Shown piece by piece: positions 8,737 to 18,021 of a DNA stretch of 64,000 bases. The position numbers and the translations under genes are program-made. The notes beneath the pieces are model-generated. The model made no database searches and was not told the DNA's origin. It worked only from the letters and a program-made list of their open reading frames with translations. Origin of the DNA: Candidatus Bathyarchaeota archaeon (GTDB taxonomy: Archaea > Thermoproteota > Bathyarchaeia > Bathyarchaeales > DTEX01); the NCBI GenBank assembly GCA_018396635.1, contig JAGTQE010000002.1:9615-73614 (forward strand). The letters run 5' to 3'. Numbering within the stretch: the first letter of the stretch is position 1; each line of letters starts with the position of its first letter.

Positions 8737-9381
8737 TTATTCTATAGTCTTTTCAATACCTAAACCCAGCGCCCTCCTCAGAAATCGGTAGGCATTAAAG
8801 GCGGCTTTCTGGTCAAAGACTAAATCTATAACAGGGCTTAGGAGGCATATCCCCCTAATCCCTCGCATCTTTGCTAAACCTAAAAGTATTCCCGACATGC
8901 CTATAATTCTGCCGCCAGTATAAACCTCCGCGCCCGCTAGAGCATAATCGAGGGCAACATTTGCTGATGTCCCAGCAACATATATTACATCTTGAGTATG
9001 TGTTGCGGGGATGCCGTCCACAGCCACTATGAAGCCGCAGTCTAAACTGCCTGCAAAGTCCAGTATATCGCCGCACAACTCATAATAGGATGGTATGTCT
9101 TCGATCGGCGGCTGGGCGTCGCTTATGAGCAGTATTATATTTCTTTCGCTCGACTCAAAGAAGCTACACTTTAGTAGGCTACATATACCATTAGGATCAA
9201 CAGACGTATAGTCTGGGAAGGCTGGAGAATACAACTCTGCAAACAGCTTCGCATCCAGAAATTCAATTAAAAGTTTTGTGGCGGATACACCAACGTTTCC
9301 TATGCCCGGAAACCCGGCGATTAGTATTGGCTTCCTAAATTTCGGCTGATACAGCATTCTAATGTAAGTCTTCTCCAACAC
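8737..9381 (-). CDS. PAC2 (proteasome assembly chaperone-like) family protein
   Basis: 214 aa. PILIAGFPGIGNVGVSATKLLIEFL is the typical N-terminal PAC2/ATP-grasp-like signature. Confidence 0.65.
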   Translation of the reverse strand: MLEKTYIRMLYQPKFRKPILIAGFPGIGNVGVSATKLLIEFLDAKLFAELYSPAFPDYTSVDPNGICSLLKCSFFESSERNIILLISDAQPPIEDIPSYYELCGDILDFAGSLDCGFIVAVDGIPATHTQDVIYVAGTSANVALDYALAGAEVYTGGRIIGMSGILLGLAKMRGIRGICLLSPVIDLVFDQKAAFNAYRFLRRALGLGIEKTIE

Positions 9382-9427
9382 GCCTCTCCAACAATAAAGT
9401 CCGGGAGGTTGCGTATTTACCTATCGC

Positions 9428-10951
9428 TTAAGGGCTCTGAAGATGAGCCCAATATTGCTTTAGGGAATGATAGAGGTTGCGATAAATCCTATTATAAATT
9501 CTATCATATATTATTGTTCTCCCCTCATCCGGATATTTTATAACGGTAAATTTAACAGCCCTGTCACAAGCATCCTTAAGGTCTCGATATATTCCGGCAC
9601 CAACACCTGCCAGAAGCGCTGCGCCAAAGGCGGCATCCTCCTCAATCTCAGCTCTGAAGACCGTTGAGTTATACACGTCAGCTTGAATTTGCAGCCACAA
9701 ATTGTTTTTAGCTCCGCCTCCGCGTGCGACAACCTTTTCAACCCTAACCCCAAGCTCCCTAAATATCTCTAGGCAATCTCTGAGGGCAAAGACAACGCCC
9801 TCCATTATAGCTCTAACAAAATGATGTCTCCTGTGATTAAATGTCAGCCCAAAGAAGCCTCCTCTGGCAAAAGGATCCATGTGGGGCGACCTTTCACCTA
9901 GGAGGTATGGGAGAAAAATTAAGCCATTAGAGCCCGGCTCAGAGAGCTCAGCCTCCTTAGAGAGCAGCTCATATGGGTCAATTTTACATAGCGAGCCTGC
10001 AGCATCCTCGATGTGAGCGAAATTCTCTTTAAACCATCGGAGCGATAAGCCTGCCGATAATATTGCTCCCTGAAGGCACCACTTTCCAGGAACCGCATGG
10101 CAGAATGTGTGGATCCTATACTTAGGGTCAAACTTAAACTCATCTATTGTCGCAAATATCTGCCCTCCGGTCCCAATATTTGATGAAATTATCCCAGGCT
10201 CTATTACGCCGCAGCCGATAGCTCCAACCTGCGAGTCGCCTCCACCAGCAACCACAGGCGTGCCGGCGCTTAAACCAGTTTCTTTAGAGGCTTCAGGTGT
10301 AACCTCGCCTGCAATCTTGGCTGATTCCAGCACTTCAGGGAAAACTTCCCTTGGAAAGTTGAGTTCAGATATTGCGGTGTCTTCCCACTCTCTCCTCCTC
10401 ACATTAAATAAGAGCGTTGCCGATGCATCTGAGTAATCAGTGTTTAAGGAGCCAGTTAGCCTGAATTTGACATAATCCTTTGGAAGAAGGACCCTAAATA
10501 TTCTGTTAAATGTTTGCGGCTCATTCCTCTTCACCCATAATAATGTTGGTCCCATGAATCCTGGCATAATTAGGTTACTCACCATATTCAGAATATTCTC
10601 CCTGCCAATCCTCTCATAGATCTCATCGCACTCCTTAAGGCTCCTCCTATCAAGCCATATAATGGCGTCCCTTAGGGGCTTCCCATCCCTCCCTAAAAGC
10701 ACGGTTCCATGCATCTGCCCTGAAAGCCCCACCGCCGAGATATCGCTGGATTTAATACCAGCATCTTTTAAAGCCCTTCTAATCGAAATTTTCGCCGCAT
10801 TCCACCAGGCATCAGGATCTTGCTCAGCATACCCTTCAAAGGGAGATTTGATAGGATACTCTGCAGATGCTTTGGCTAAGACGTTGCCGGAGTCATCTAT
10901 GATCAAAACTTTTGTACTAGATGTACCAACATCTACACCCATTAAGTACAT
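9428..10951 (-). CDS. xylB: FGGY-family carbohydrate kinase, xylulokinase-like
   Basis: 507 aa. MGVDVGTSSTKVLIID (phosphate-1 motif), GLSGQMHG, and GGGAKNNLWLQIQADV (FGGY C-terminal signature). Confidence 0.75.
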   Translation of the reverse strand: MYLMGVDVGTSSTKVLIIDDSGNVLAKASAEYPIKSPFEGYAEQDPDAWWNAAKISIRRALKDAGIKSSDISAVGLSGQMHGTVLLGRDGKPLRDAIIWLDRRSLKECDEIYERIGRENILNMVSNLIMPGFMGPTLLWVKRNEPQTFNRIFRVLLPKDYVKFRLTGSLNTDYSDASATLLFNVRRREWEDTAISELNFPREVFPEVLESAKIAGEVTPEASKETGLSAGTPVVAGGGDSQVGAIGCGVIEPGIISSNIGTGGQIFATIDEFKFDPKYRIHTFCHAVPGKWCLQGAILSAGLSLRWFKENFAHIEDAAGSLCKIDPYELLSKEAELSEPGSNGLIFLPYLLGERSPHMDPFARGGFFGLTFNHRRHHFVRAIMEGVVFALRDCLEIFRELGVRVEKVVARGGGAKNNLWLQIQADVYNSTVFRAEIEEDAAFGAALLAGVGAGIYRDLKDACDRAVKFTVIKYPDEGRTIIYDRIYNRIYRNLYHSLKQYWAHLQSP

Positions 10952-11004
10952 CAGGACACCAAATTTATCTCTCCGAGATCCCAGAAATAAATTTAGGTGG
11001 AGTC

Positions 11005-11958
11005 ATGGAGCTTAGATGGGATCCTATACTTCGCGAATGGATCATAGTCTCAGATGAGAGGGGTAAACGCCCCCTCCTACCGGAAAACTTCTGTCCATTC
11101 TGCCCCGGCTCAGGCGAGGTTCCAGCTTCAGGATGGTCGGTTCTTAGCATACCGAACAAATATCCATCCCTCCTACCAAACCCGCCAAAGCCTAGAGTGA
11201 AGTCTGATGGTTTTTATCGCTGTAGGAGGTCGAGAGGCGTCTGTGAGGTAGTAATTTATACACCTAAACATGACGCCACGCTGGCCGACTTGAGCGTCGA
11301 AGATATTAGGGCGGTTATCGACCTATGGGCTGAGAGGTTTGAGGAGCTTGGTAAGAGGAATTATGTGAAGTATGTTTTCATCTTCGAGAATAAGGGTCGA
11401 ATAATAGGGGTCACTTTAGATCATCCCCACGGGCAGATATATGCTTTCCCATTTATACCGCCACTAATTAAACGCGAGCTAGACTCAAGTAAACGTTACT
11501 GGAGGAGATGGGGGAGATGCTTATTCTGCGATATAATAGAGAGGGAGCAGAGGGATGCTGTGCGCGTCGTATGCGAAAATAGCGACTTTATATGCTTTTT
11601 ACCCTTCTTTGCGCGCTGGCCTTACGGCGTCCACATTTACCCGAAGAGGCATCTTAGCGCTATAACGGATCTAACCACTGTGGAAAGGGATTCCTTTGCC
11701 TCAATACTTAAGCGGATCCTTAAAAAATTTGATAACTTATTTAACATGAGCTTTCCATACATGATGGTTCTGCATCAGAGACCTACGGATGGTCGGGAGT
11801 ACTCCTTCTACCACTTTCATGTAGAATTTTATCCGCCATACAGAGAGAAGAATAAGATAAAATATTTTGCGAGTGTTGAGACTGGGGCTGGAACTATAAC
11901 ATTTGACTATGCTCCTGAGGAGAAGGCGAAAGAATTAAGGGAGAGCCCGGAAATATAG
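11005..11958 (+). CDS. galT: Galactose-1-phosphate uridylyltransferase
   Basis: MELRWDPILREWIIV, CPFCPG zinc motif, and active site LDHPHGQIYAFPF (HPH). The start is moved from the track value 10921 to the in-frame ATG at 11005, which follows GGTGG and avoids overlap with xylB. Confidence 0.85.
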   Translation: MELRWDPILREWIIVSDERGKRPLLPENFCPFCPGSGEVPASGWSVLSIPNKYPSLLPNPPKPRVKSDGFYRCRRSRGVCEVVIYTPKHDATLADLSVEDIRAVIDLWAERFEELGKRNYVKYVFIFENKGRIIGVTLDHPHGQIYAFPFIPPLIKRELDSSKRYWRRWGRCLFCDIIEREQRDAVRVVCENSDFICFLPFFARWPYGVHIYPKRHLSAITDLTTVERDSFASILKRILKKFDNLFNMSFPYMMVLHQRPTDGREYSFYHFHVEFYPPYREKNKIKYFASVETGAGTITFDYAPEEKAKELRESPEI

Positions 11959-11984
11959 TAGATCAGACTGGGGACGTACGCCTT

Positions 11985-13217
11985 ATGGATGCTCAATTTA
12001 TAGTTTCATCCCCTGGTAGGGCAGACTTCTTAAACACTCACCAGGACTATAAGGGGCTTCCAGTCGTTCCAGTAGCCATAAATCTAAGGCTATACATTTT
12101 CGCGAATCTCGCTGATGGAGGTATGTTTAACGTTAGGTCGCTTGACCTAGAAAAGTATGGGGAAACATCAACCGACTCATTTCCAATAGGAATTAATGAG
12201 ATGAGGGAGGGGAAATTCTTCGGCAATTATCTACGTGGAGTCGTAAACGTCCTCGTTAAGAGAGGGCTTGCAGGCAAAATTAGAGGCATGGATTTAACAA
12301 TTAAAAGCGACATCCCGATAGGCTCTGGGCTGGCCAGCAGCGCAGCGCTTGAGGTAGCGTTCACAGAGCTACTGAACCATGTATTCGACTTGAACTTAAC
12401 GAGAAAAGATGTAGCTGAAATATCGTTTGCGGCGGAGAATGAGGAGGCTGGCATACCATGTGGTAGACTAGACCAGTATGGCGTAGCCTTTGGCGGCATA
12501 CTGAAGATTGACTGTAGGCCACCATATAATGTTGAAATCCTCCCATTCAGAGACTTAACATTCGCCATAATAGATTCGGGGATAAGGCATTCGACCGGCG
12601 ATATTCACCCAAAGAGGCAGGCGGAGATAAATGCTGGCCTGAAAACGCTCATGGAAAGCGTCTTCGTCCCAAGCAGCTTAAAGTCTAAGCTCGGATACAG
12701 GTTTGATCAGCCAAGATGGGAGGATCTCTCTGAAGAGGAAATTGAGGATTACCTGTCAATACTGAATGAGCCCCCGAGAAAAAGAATTCTATTCACCCTG
12801 AAAATGCATAGGTTGACAATGATGGCACTGAAGGTTCTCAGGTTTGAGGAGATTAAAAAAGACGAAGTCGTACAGGTTCTTGGCGAATCCTCCTGGAGGA
12901 AGGTTCAGATGGCTCCCGAGGGTGAGATAAGACACTACATTTTAGGCGAGATAATGAATGCCCAACATGCGCTCCTAAGAGATCTATATGATGTGAGTTT
13001 ACCCGAAATAGAGAGGATATGCGAGGCAGCCCTAGAGGCGGGAGCTTATGGAGCAAAGTTGTCCGGTGCTGGGATGGGTGGAAGTATAATAGCCTTGGTG
13101 AGAGAGAGGGAGGCTGGGGAGAAGGTTATTGAGCAATGTATTGCCGCTGGCGCTAGATGTGGCTGGGTCTCTGGGATTGGTGATGGCGTGAGAGTTGAGA
13201 GAACGACAAAGATATAG
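11985..13217 (+). CDS. galK: GHMP kinase, galactokinase-like
   Basis: 410 aa. SPGRADFLNTHQDYKG is a divergent form of the GRxNLIGEHxDY signature. Also present: PIGSGLASSAALEVA (motif II), CGRLDQ, KLSGAGMGGSIIAL (motif III). It lies 26 nt downstream of galT. Confidence 0.7.
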   Translation: MDAQFIVSSPGRADFLNTHQDYKGLPVVPVAINLRLYIFANLADGGMFNVRSLDLEKYGETSTDSFPIGINEMREGKFFGNYLRGVVNVLVKRGLAGKIRGMDLTIKSDIPIGSGLASSAALEVAFTELLNHVFDLNLTRKDVAEISFAAENEEAGIPCGRLDQYGVAFGGILKIDCRPPYNVEILPFRDLTFAIIDSGIRHSTGDIHPKRQAEINAGLKTLMESVFVPSSLKSKLGYRFDQPRWEDLSEEEIEDYLSILNEPPRKRILFTLKMHRLTMMALKVLRFEEIKKDEVVQVLGESSWRKVQMAPEGEIRHYILGEIMNAQHALLRDLYDVSLPEIERICEAALEAGAYGAKLSGAGMGGSIIALVREREAGEKVIEQCIAAGARCGWVSGIGDGVRVERTTKI

Positions 13218-13249
13218 AGCCTTCATGCGCCTACCTATAGTGAGTAAAA

Positions 13250-14428
13250 ATGGTCACGAATCTGCCGGCTGAAGCAAAGGCTAAATGGGCTCAAGTTGTG
13301 GCATGCCGCTCCACCCAAGAGAAAATAAAGCTTATGCGCGAATTTCTCTCGCTCGTACCAAAGCATAAGGGTACAAGCAGGCTTGTAGCCAACGTTAAGC
13401 GTAGGATCGCTGAGCTTGAGCGGGAGCTAGAAGAGTCTAAGGCGCGTAGGAAGGGAGGTGGGGTAGGGTTCGCTCTGCCAAAGGAGGGGGCGGGACAAAT
13501 AGTTATATTAGGTCCGCCGAATGTTGGTAAGAGTAGCCTCCTAGCCTCGGTGACCAATGCTAAGCCTGAAATAAGCCCAATTCCATTCACAACCCAAAGA
13601 CCGATTCCCGGAATGCTTCAATACCAGGATATACAGTTCCAGCTTGTTGAAGCTCCAGCTATAGTTGAGGGGGCCTCTGAGGGGAGGATGGGTGGCACCC
13701 AGGTTCTGGGTTTGGCGCGTAATGCGGATGGCCTGATAGTAATGGTTGACTTATCGGAGGATCCAGTAAAGCAGATCTCTATGGTGTTGTCTGAGCTGGA
13801 TAAGGCTGGGATAATGGTGAAGAAGCCTGAAGGCGAGGTTGAAATTATTAGGAGGCCTTACGGTTCAGGGATCCAGATAATAAATCATGGTGTTCTAGTC
13901 GACTGCACCCATGAAGACATAAGGGATTTACTGAGCAGCTACAGGATTACATCAGCCCTGGTTAAAATAAGCGGTAAGGTGAGCTTGGATGATGTTGAGG
14001 CAGCCTTATTCTCAAATAGCGTTTATAGGCCTACGGTAATTATTGCAAATAAGTCCGATTTGCCTAATTCGAAAGAGAACATTGCGTTACTAAAGGATTA
14101 TTTGGATGCGGAGTGGCAGGGGCTACCGCTACTCGTAGTCTCATGCCTAAGGAATGAAGGCTTAAAGGACCTTGGAAAAATACTATTCGGGATGCTTGAA
14201 ATAATAAGAGTCTATACTAAGGAGCCATCATCTAAGGAGCCCTCTGAGCGGCCCCTCATCGTTAAGAAGGGAACTAGCGTAATAGATGTTGCAAAGAAGT
14301 TGCACTCCGAAATCTATAAGGGGTTCAAGTATGCTAGGATCTGGGGACCTAGCGCAAAATATCCCGGCGAGAGGGTTGGCCCAAGCCACATACTGATGGA
14401 TGGCGACATTGTGGAAATACATTGCTAA
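13250..14428 (+). CDS. DRG/OBG-family GTPase with a C-terminal TGS domain
   Basis: 392 aa. G1 GPPNVGKSSLL, G3 VEAPA.., G4 NKSD. The C-terminal segment IRVYTKEP...GDIVEIH is TGS-like. Confidence 0.8.
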   Translation: MVTNLPAEAKAKWAQVVACRSTQEKIKLMREFLSLVPKHKGTSRLVANVKRRIAELERELEESKARRKGGGVGFALPKEGAGQIVILGPPNVGKSSLLASVTNAKPEISPIPFTTQRPIPGMLQYQDIQFQLVEAPAIVEGASEGRMGGTQVLGLARNADGLIVMVDLSEDPVKQISMVLSELDKAGIMVKKPEGEVEIIRRPYGSGIQIINHGVLVDCTHEDIRDLLSSYRITSALVKISGKVSLDDVEAALFSNSVYRPTVIIANKSDLPNSKENIALLKDYLDAEWQGLPLLVVSCLRNEGLKDLGKILFGMLEIIRVYTKEPSSKEPSERPLIVKKGTSVIDVAKKLHSEIYKGFKYARIWGPSAKYPGERVGPSHILMDGDIVEIHC

Positions 14429-14796
14429 TAAGACTCCAGATTCTCGGTTGAGATGCCAAGAGCCTTCAATATCATTTTACACCCCTCAAATGTCACCTTA
14501 CCATCAGCCATAACATCATCCCTCGCAGGCTCAATTATCAGCCCCTTGTAGAGCCCAGATGGATTAAGCATGTAGAATGCTTGTATCACAAATAGTAGAA
14601 GGTTTAGATCTTTACTTGAAAGGTATCTTTCAAGAGCCTTATATTGGGCTTTCGTTAAATGAACCCTCTTCCTCAAATTCTCCATAATTCCCTCTTTATC
14701 TTCATCCATCACGCTTAGCAAATCATCTAGGGTGATTTTGTGCTCCTTTAAGTAATCCTTAAGAGCCCTTCTAAGCGGTATATAATCTTCGCTCAT
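14425..14796 (-). CDS. Hypothetical protein
   Basis: 123-aa ORF with no recognisable motif. Its 3' end overlaps the DRG stop by 4 nt (convergent). It is divergent from the zinc-ribbon gene. Confidence 0.4.
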   Translation of the reverse strand: MSEDYIPLRRALKDYLKEHKITLDDLLSVMDEDKEGIMENLRKRVHLTKAQYKALERYLSSKDLNLLLFVIQAFYMLNPSGLYKGLIIEPARDDVMADGKVTFEGCKMILKALGISTENLESY

Positions 14797-14885
14797 AGCC
14801 AGAGCTCTAATTATACATTTTTCTGTGAATTAACTTTTATAAAAGACCGACACTAAAATATTTTGCCTAGCTGAAGGTTAACAAT

Positions 14886-15806
14886 TTGAGAGGAGTCCAT
14901 GCCATGTCATTGGGTTCAGGTTCAGATGAAGTCCGTATTAGATGTCCAAACTGCGGCAGAAGAGTCCCGGCGATGAGATATTGCATTTACTGTGGTGCTC
15001 AGCTTCCTACAGCTGCGCCGCAACGGATTGAGAGGCCCCAGCCGATGGAGGCTCCGCCACCAGTTCCACCATTAGTTCCGCCACCAACGCCAGCAGCCCC
15101 GCCGCCATCTACACTTGAGAGCGAAGTGGCGAGCTTAATGTCTAATATATCAACTCTGTATACTAGAAAAATATCCCTCTTTAAGTTATTTCAGTCAGGC
15201 GAGGTTTCAGAGGGCGTCTTTCTGAAAATTTATAATGAGTACAGCGGCAAGTTGGGCGAGCTGCTTAATGTGCGTGTCCGCAGGCTTGAGGAACTTAGGA
15301 GGAGGCTTGAGGATGTTGAGAGGCGTCTGAATGATATTGCGCTTAATCTTGAGGAGCTTTCTGTCCGCTATAAGATAGGTGAGATAGATTTGAACACCTT
15401 CTCGCAGAAGTCGGAGAAGCTGAAGGTTGAGCAGAGGGAGTTTGAGAGTATGGCTAAGAGCATTAGGGCCGCCCTTAATCGACTTGAGAAGATTCTTGGA
15501 GATAAGTCTCCAAGCGAGATTAGGGATATGGAATCCGATTTATCCGCTGCTTATAATGCCATTAAGAAGATGGCTGAGGAAGGGAGGATGTCTAGTGGAG
15601 TATTAGGTAGCATTAAGGTGGATATTGAGGAGACGCTTGCCCTCTTAGACTCGCTTATCAGAGATAAGAAGGAGAGGGAAAAGGCCCTTAAAGAGGACCT
15701 TGAAGCTCTACACGCAAGGTATAAGATTGGTGAAATAACGATAGAGGAGTATGAGAGAAAGAAGAGGGAGCTGCAGGAAGAGATCAGCAAGGTCTGGAAA
15801 GAATAA
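14886..15806 (+). CDS. Zinc-ribbon protein with a proline-rich linker and repeated xYKIGEIxxxxY/F helical motifs
   Basis: CPNCGRRVPAMRYCIYCG is followed by PPPVPPLVPPPTPAAPPPS and then a long charged helical region. That region contains RYKIGEIDLNTFSQKSEKL and RYKIGEITIEEYERKKRELQ, plus a degenerate third copy QSGEVSEGVFLKIYNEY. The likely start is ATG 14904, after GAGGAG. Confidence 0.5.
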   Translation: MRGVHAMSLGSGSDEVRIRCPNCGRRVPAMRYCIYCGAQLPTAAPQRIERPQPMEAPPPVPPLVPPPTPAAPPPSTLESEVASLMSNISTLYTRKISLFKLFQSGEVSEGVFLKIYNEYSGKLGELLNVRVRRLEELRRRLEDVERRLNDIALNLEELSVRYKIGEIDLNTFSQKSEKLKVEQREFESMAKSIRAALNRLEKILGDKSPSEIRDMESDLSAAYNAIKKMAEEGRMSSGVLGSIKVDIEETLALLDSLIRDKKEREKALKEDLEALHARYKIGEITIEEYERKKRELQEEISKVWKE

Positions 15807-15864
15807 ATCAGATTAGCTGGAATGCCGAGATCTAAGGACAACCCTTCTCTTTTCAAGAGAGGTT

Positions 15865-17547
15865 ATGATGGAATTTAAATCGTTAGTTGAACTCTGTGAA
15901 AGTCTCGAGAAAATAGCTAAGCGTAACGTAATGATTGATATGGTTGCAGACTTCTGCAGGCGCCTGAATGAGGAGGAGGTTGAGCCAGCAATATCCATGA
16001 TGCTTGGTAGGGCCTTCCCAAAATATGATCCTAGGACCCTAGATGTTAGCTGGGCAACCCTAAGTAAGGTAGTTAAGCGTTTATCTGGCGCCGATTGGGA
16101 AATCTTCCACACAGCCTTCAGAAATACTGGCGATATCGGTGCAGCAGTGCAAGCCGTTCTCGAAAAGAGGGCTATGAGGAGGCAGTCAACTTTACTTGAG
16201 AAGCCCCTAACGATACTTGAGGTTAGGAGGATATTTGAGCATATTGCCGAAATTAAGGGTCAGGGCTCAAAGGATAGGAAAGAGAGGCTTCTTGAGACAT
16301 TGCTTAGCCGCGCAACCCCCCTAGAAGCAAAATATATTGTTAAAATAGTTATCGGCGAGATGAGGACAGGCTTCCAAGAGGGTTTAATGGAGGCAGCTGT
16401 TTCAAGGGCCTTCTCCATACCTTTGAAGGAGGTTCAGACAGCATCGATGCTCGTTGGTGACATAAGTGAAGTAGCATATATAGCTAAGAGGCTTGGTAGG
16501 GGCGGCGTCTTAAACCTAAACTTTAAAGTTTTTAGACCTATTAAACCAATGCTGGCCTATATGGCCAGTAGTTTAAACGAGGTCTTCGAGGAGCATGGTG
16601 GTAAGACGGCGCTAGAATATAAGCTTGATGGTGCAAGGATTCAAATACACATGGCTGATGGAGATGTAAAGATATTTAGTCGAAGGCTGACGGATATAAC
16701 TAGAAGCCTCCCGGAGATTGTTAATCTCATAAAAGGGGAGATTAAGGCTAGGGAAGCAATCCTTGAGGGTGAGGTCATCGCTGTGAACGATGAGGGGAAA
16801 CCTATGCCTTTCCAGCATTTAATGCGTAGGTTTAAGAGGATCCATGAAATAGATAATGCCGCCAGAATAATCCCAGTTGAACTACACCTATTCGATGTAC
16901 TCTATATTAATGGAGAAAACATGATCAGAGTCCCATATGTTGAGCGCCGAGATAGGCTTAGGGAGATTGCCGGAAACATACCTCTGACAAAACAGAAAAT
17001 AACAAGCAGTCTAAGTGAGGCGGAGGAGTTTTTAAGGGAGGCGGTTAATGAGGGCCATGAGGGTCTGATGGCTAAGAGGCTGGATAGCCCATATACGCCT
17101 GGTATTCGCGGTAAACACTGGTTTAAGGTGAAGGAGGTTCTCCCACCCCTAGATCTCGTTATAGTTGCTGCGGAGTATGGTTATGGGCGAAGGCACAATT
17201 GGCTATCGGACTATTATCTGGCAGCTAGAGATGGGGACAGGTTTACGGTGATCGGCAAGACGTTTAAGGGATTAACTGACGATGAGATAGCCGACATAAC
17301 CGAACGCTTAAGGAAGATAGCTATCGGAGAAGAGGGAAACAGGGTTATAGTGCTGCCAAAAATAGTTGTTGAGGTCGCGTATAACGAGATCCAAACTAGC
17401 CCAAAATATGAGTCGGGCATGGCGCTCCGCTTCGCTAGAATAGTTAGGATACGTGACGATAAATCTCCTGAGGAAGCGGATACAATAGATACTGTGCGAA
17501 AGATATATGAGAGCCAGTTTAAGAGGAAGGCGAAAATAGACCTCTAA
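15865..17547 (+). CDS. lig: ATP-dependent DNA ligase
   Basis: 560 aa. Adenylation motif I EYKLDGARIQIH, EGLMAK, and an OB-fold C-terminus. Confidence 0.9.
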   Translation: MMEFKSLVELCESLEKIAKRNVMIDMVADFCRRLNEEEVEPAISMMLGRAFPKYDPRTLDVSWATLSKVVKRLSGADWEIFHTAFRNTGDIGAAVQAVLEKRAMRRQSTLLEKPLTILEVRRIFEHIAEIKGQGSKDRKERLLETLLSRATPLEAKYIVKIVIGEMRTGFQEGLMEAAVSRAFSIPLKEVQTASMLVGDISEVAYIAKRLGRGGVLNLNFKVFRPIKPMLAYMASSLNEVFEEHGGKTALEYKLDGARIQIHMADGDVKIFSRRLTDITRSLPEIVNLIKGEIKAREAILEGEVIAVNDEGKPMPFQHLMRRFKRIHEIDNAARIIPVELHLFDVLYINGENMIRVPYVERRDRLREIAGNIPLTKQKITSSLSEAEEFLREAVNEGHEGLMAKRLDSPYTPGIRGKHWFKVKEVLPPLDLVIVAAEYGYGRRHNWLSDYYLAARDGDRFTVIGKTFKGLTDDEIADITERLRKIAIGEEGNRVIVLPKIVVEVAYNEIQTSPKYESGMALRFARIVRIRDDKSPEEADTIDTVRKIYESQFKRKAKIDL

Positions 17548-17601
17548 AACTAGAGGTTGATCAAAATCATTTATCTTGCCCACAATCCTATACATGTATG
17601 T

Positions 17602-18021
17602 ATGGAAAGAGTCTTCGTAAGGAGGTCTGTTATTAATAGTATCTTGAGTTACGCGAAGATCTGCCATCCTAAGGAAGGAATACTCCTGCTGAGGGGAAAA
17701 GCTAAAAAGGATACCATTTTAGTTGAGGAGGTTATTTTTCCACCGTTAAGCGCTTGGGGTAGGGGCTTCTCAGCTTTTCCAGCACATATGCTTCCAACAG
17801 ACTTCTCGATTGTGGGAACATTTCACTCACATCCGTCCGGCATCTTACGCCCATCTATCACTGACTTAAATAACTTCTACGGTAGGATAATGATAATAGC
17901 TGCTTACCCATATTTATCTGAAGAGAACATTATCATCATAGATAGAGGTGGCAAAAAGCTAAATTACAGAGTTATTGAAGATTATAATAGCGGGATTAAA
18001 GATGGGTCGAGGGGGCAATAG
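17602..18021 (+). CDS. JAMM/MPN-domain metalloprotease
   Basis: PKEGILLLRG (conserved Glu) and HSHPSGILRPSITDL (HxHx7Sx2D JAMM motif). The start is taken at ATG 17602 (MERVFVRR) instead of the TTG at 17557. Confidence 0.75.
   Translation: MERVFVRRSVINSILSYAKICHPKEGILLLRGKAKKDTILVEEVIFPPLSAWGRGFSAFPAHMLPTDFSIVGTFHSHPSGILRPSITDLNNFYGRIMIIAAYPYLSEENIIIIDRGGKKLNYRVIEDYNSGIKDGSRGQ

Noticed and set aside
10921-11004. Upstream ATG start for galT given by the ORF track
   Set aside because: It would overlap the xylB start region on the opposite strand by 31 nt and add a non-conserved 28-aa extension. The ATG at 11005 follows GGTGG and begins with the conserved MELRWDP.
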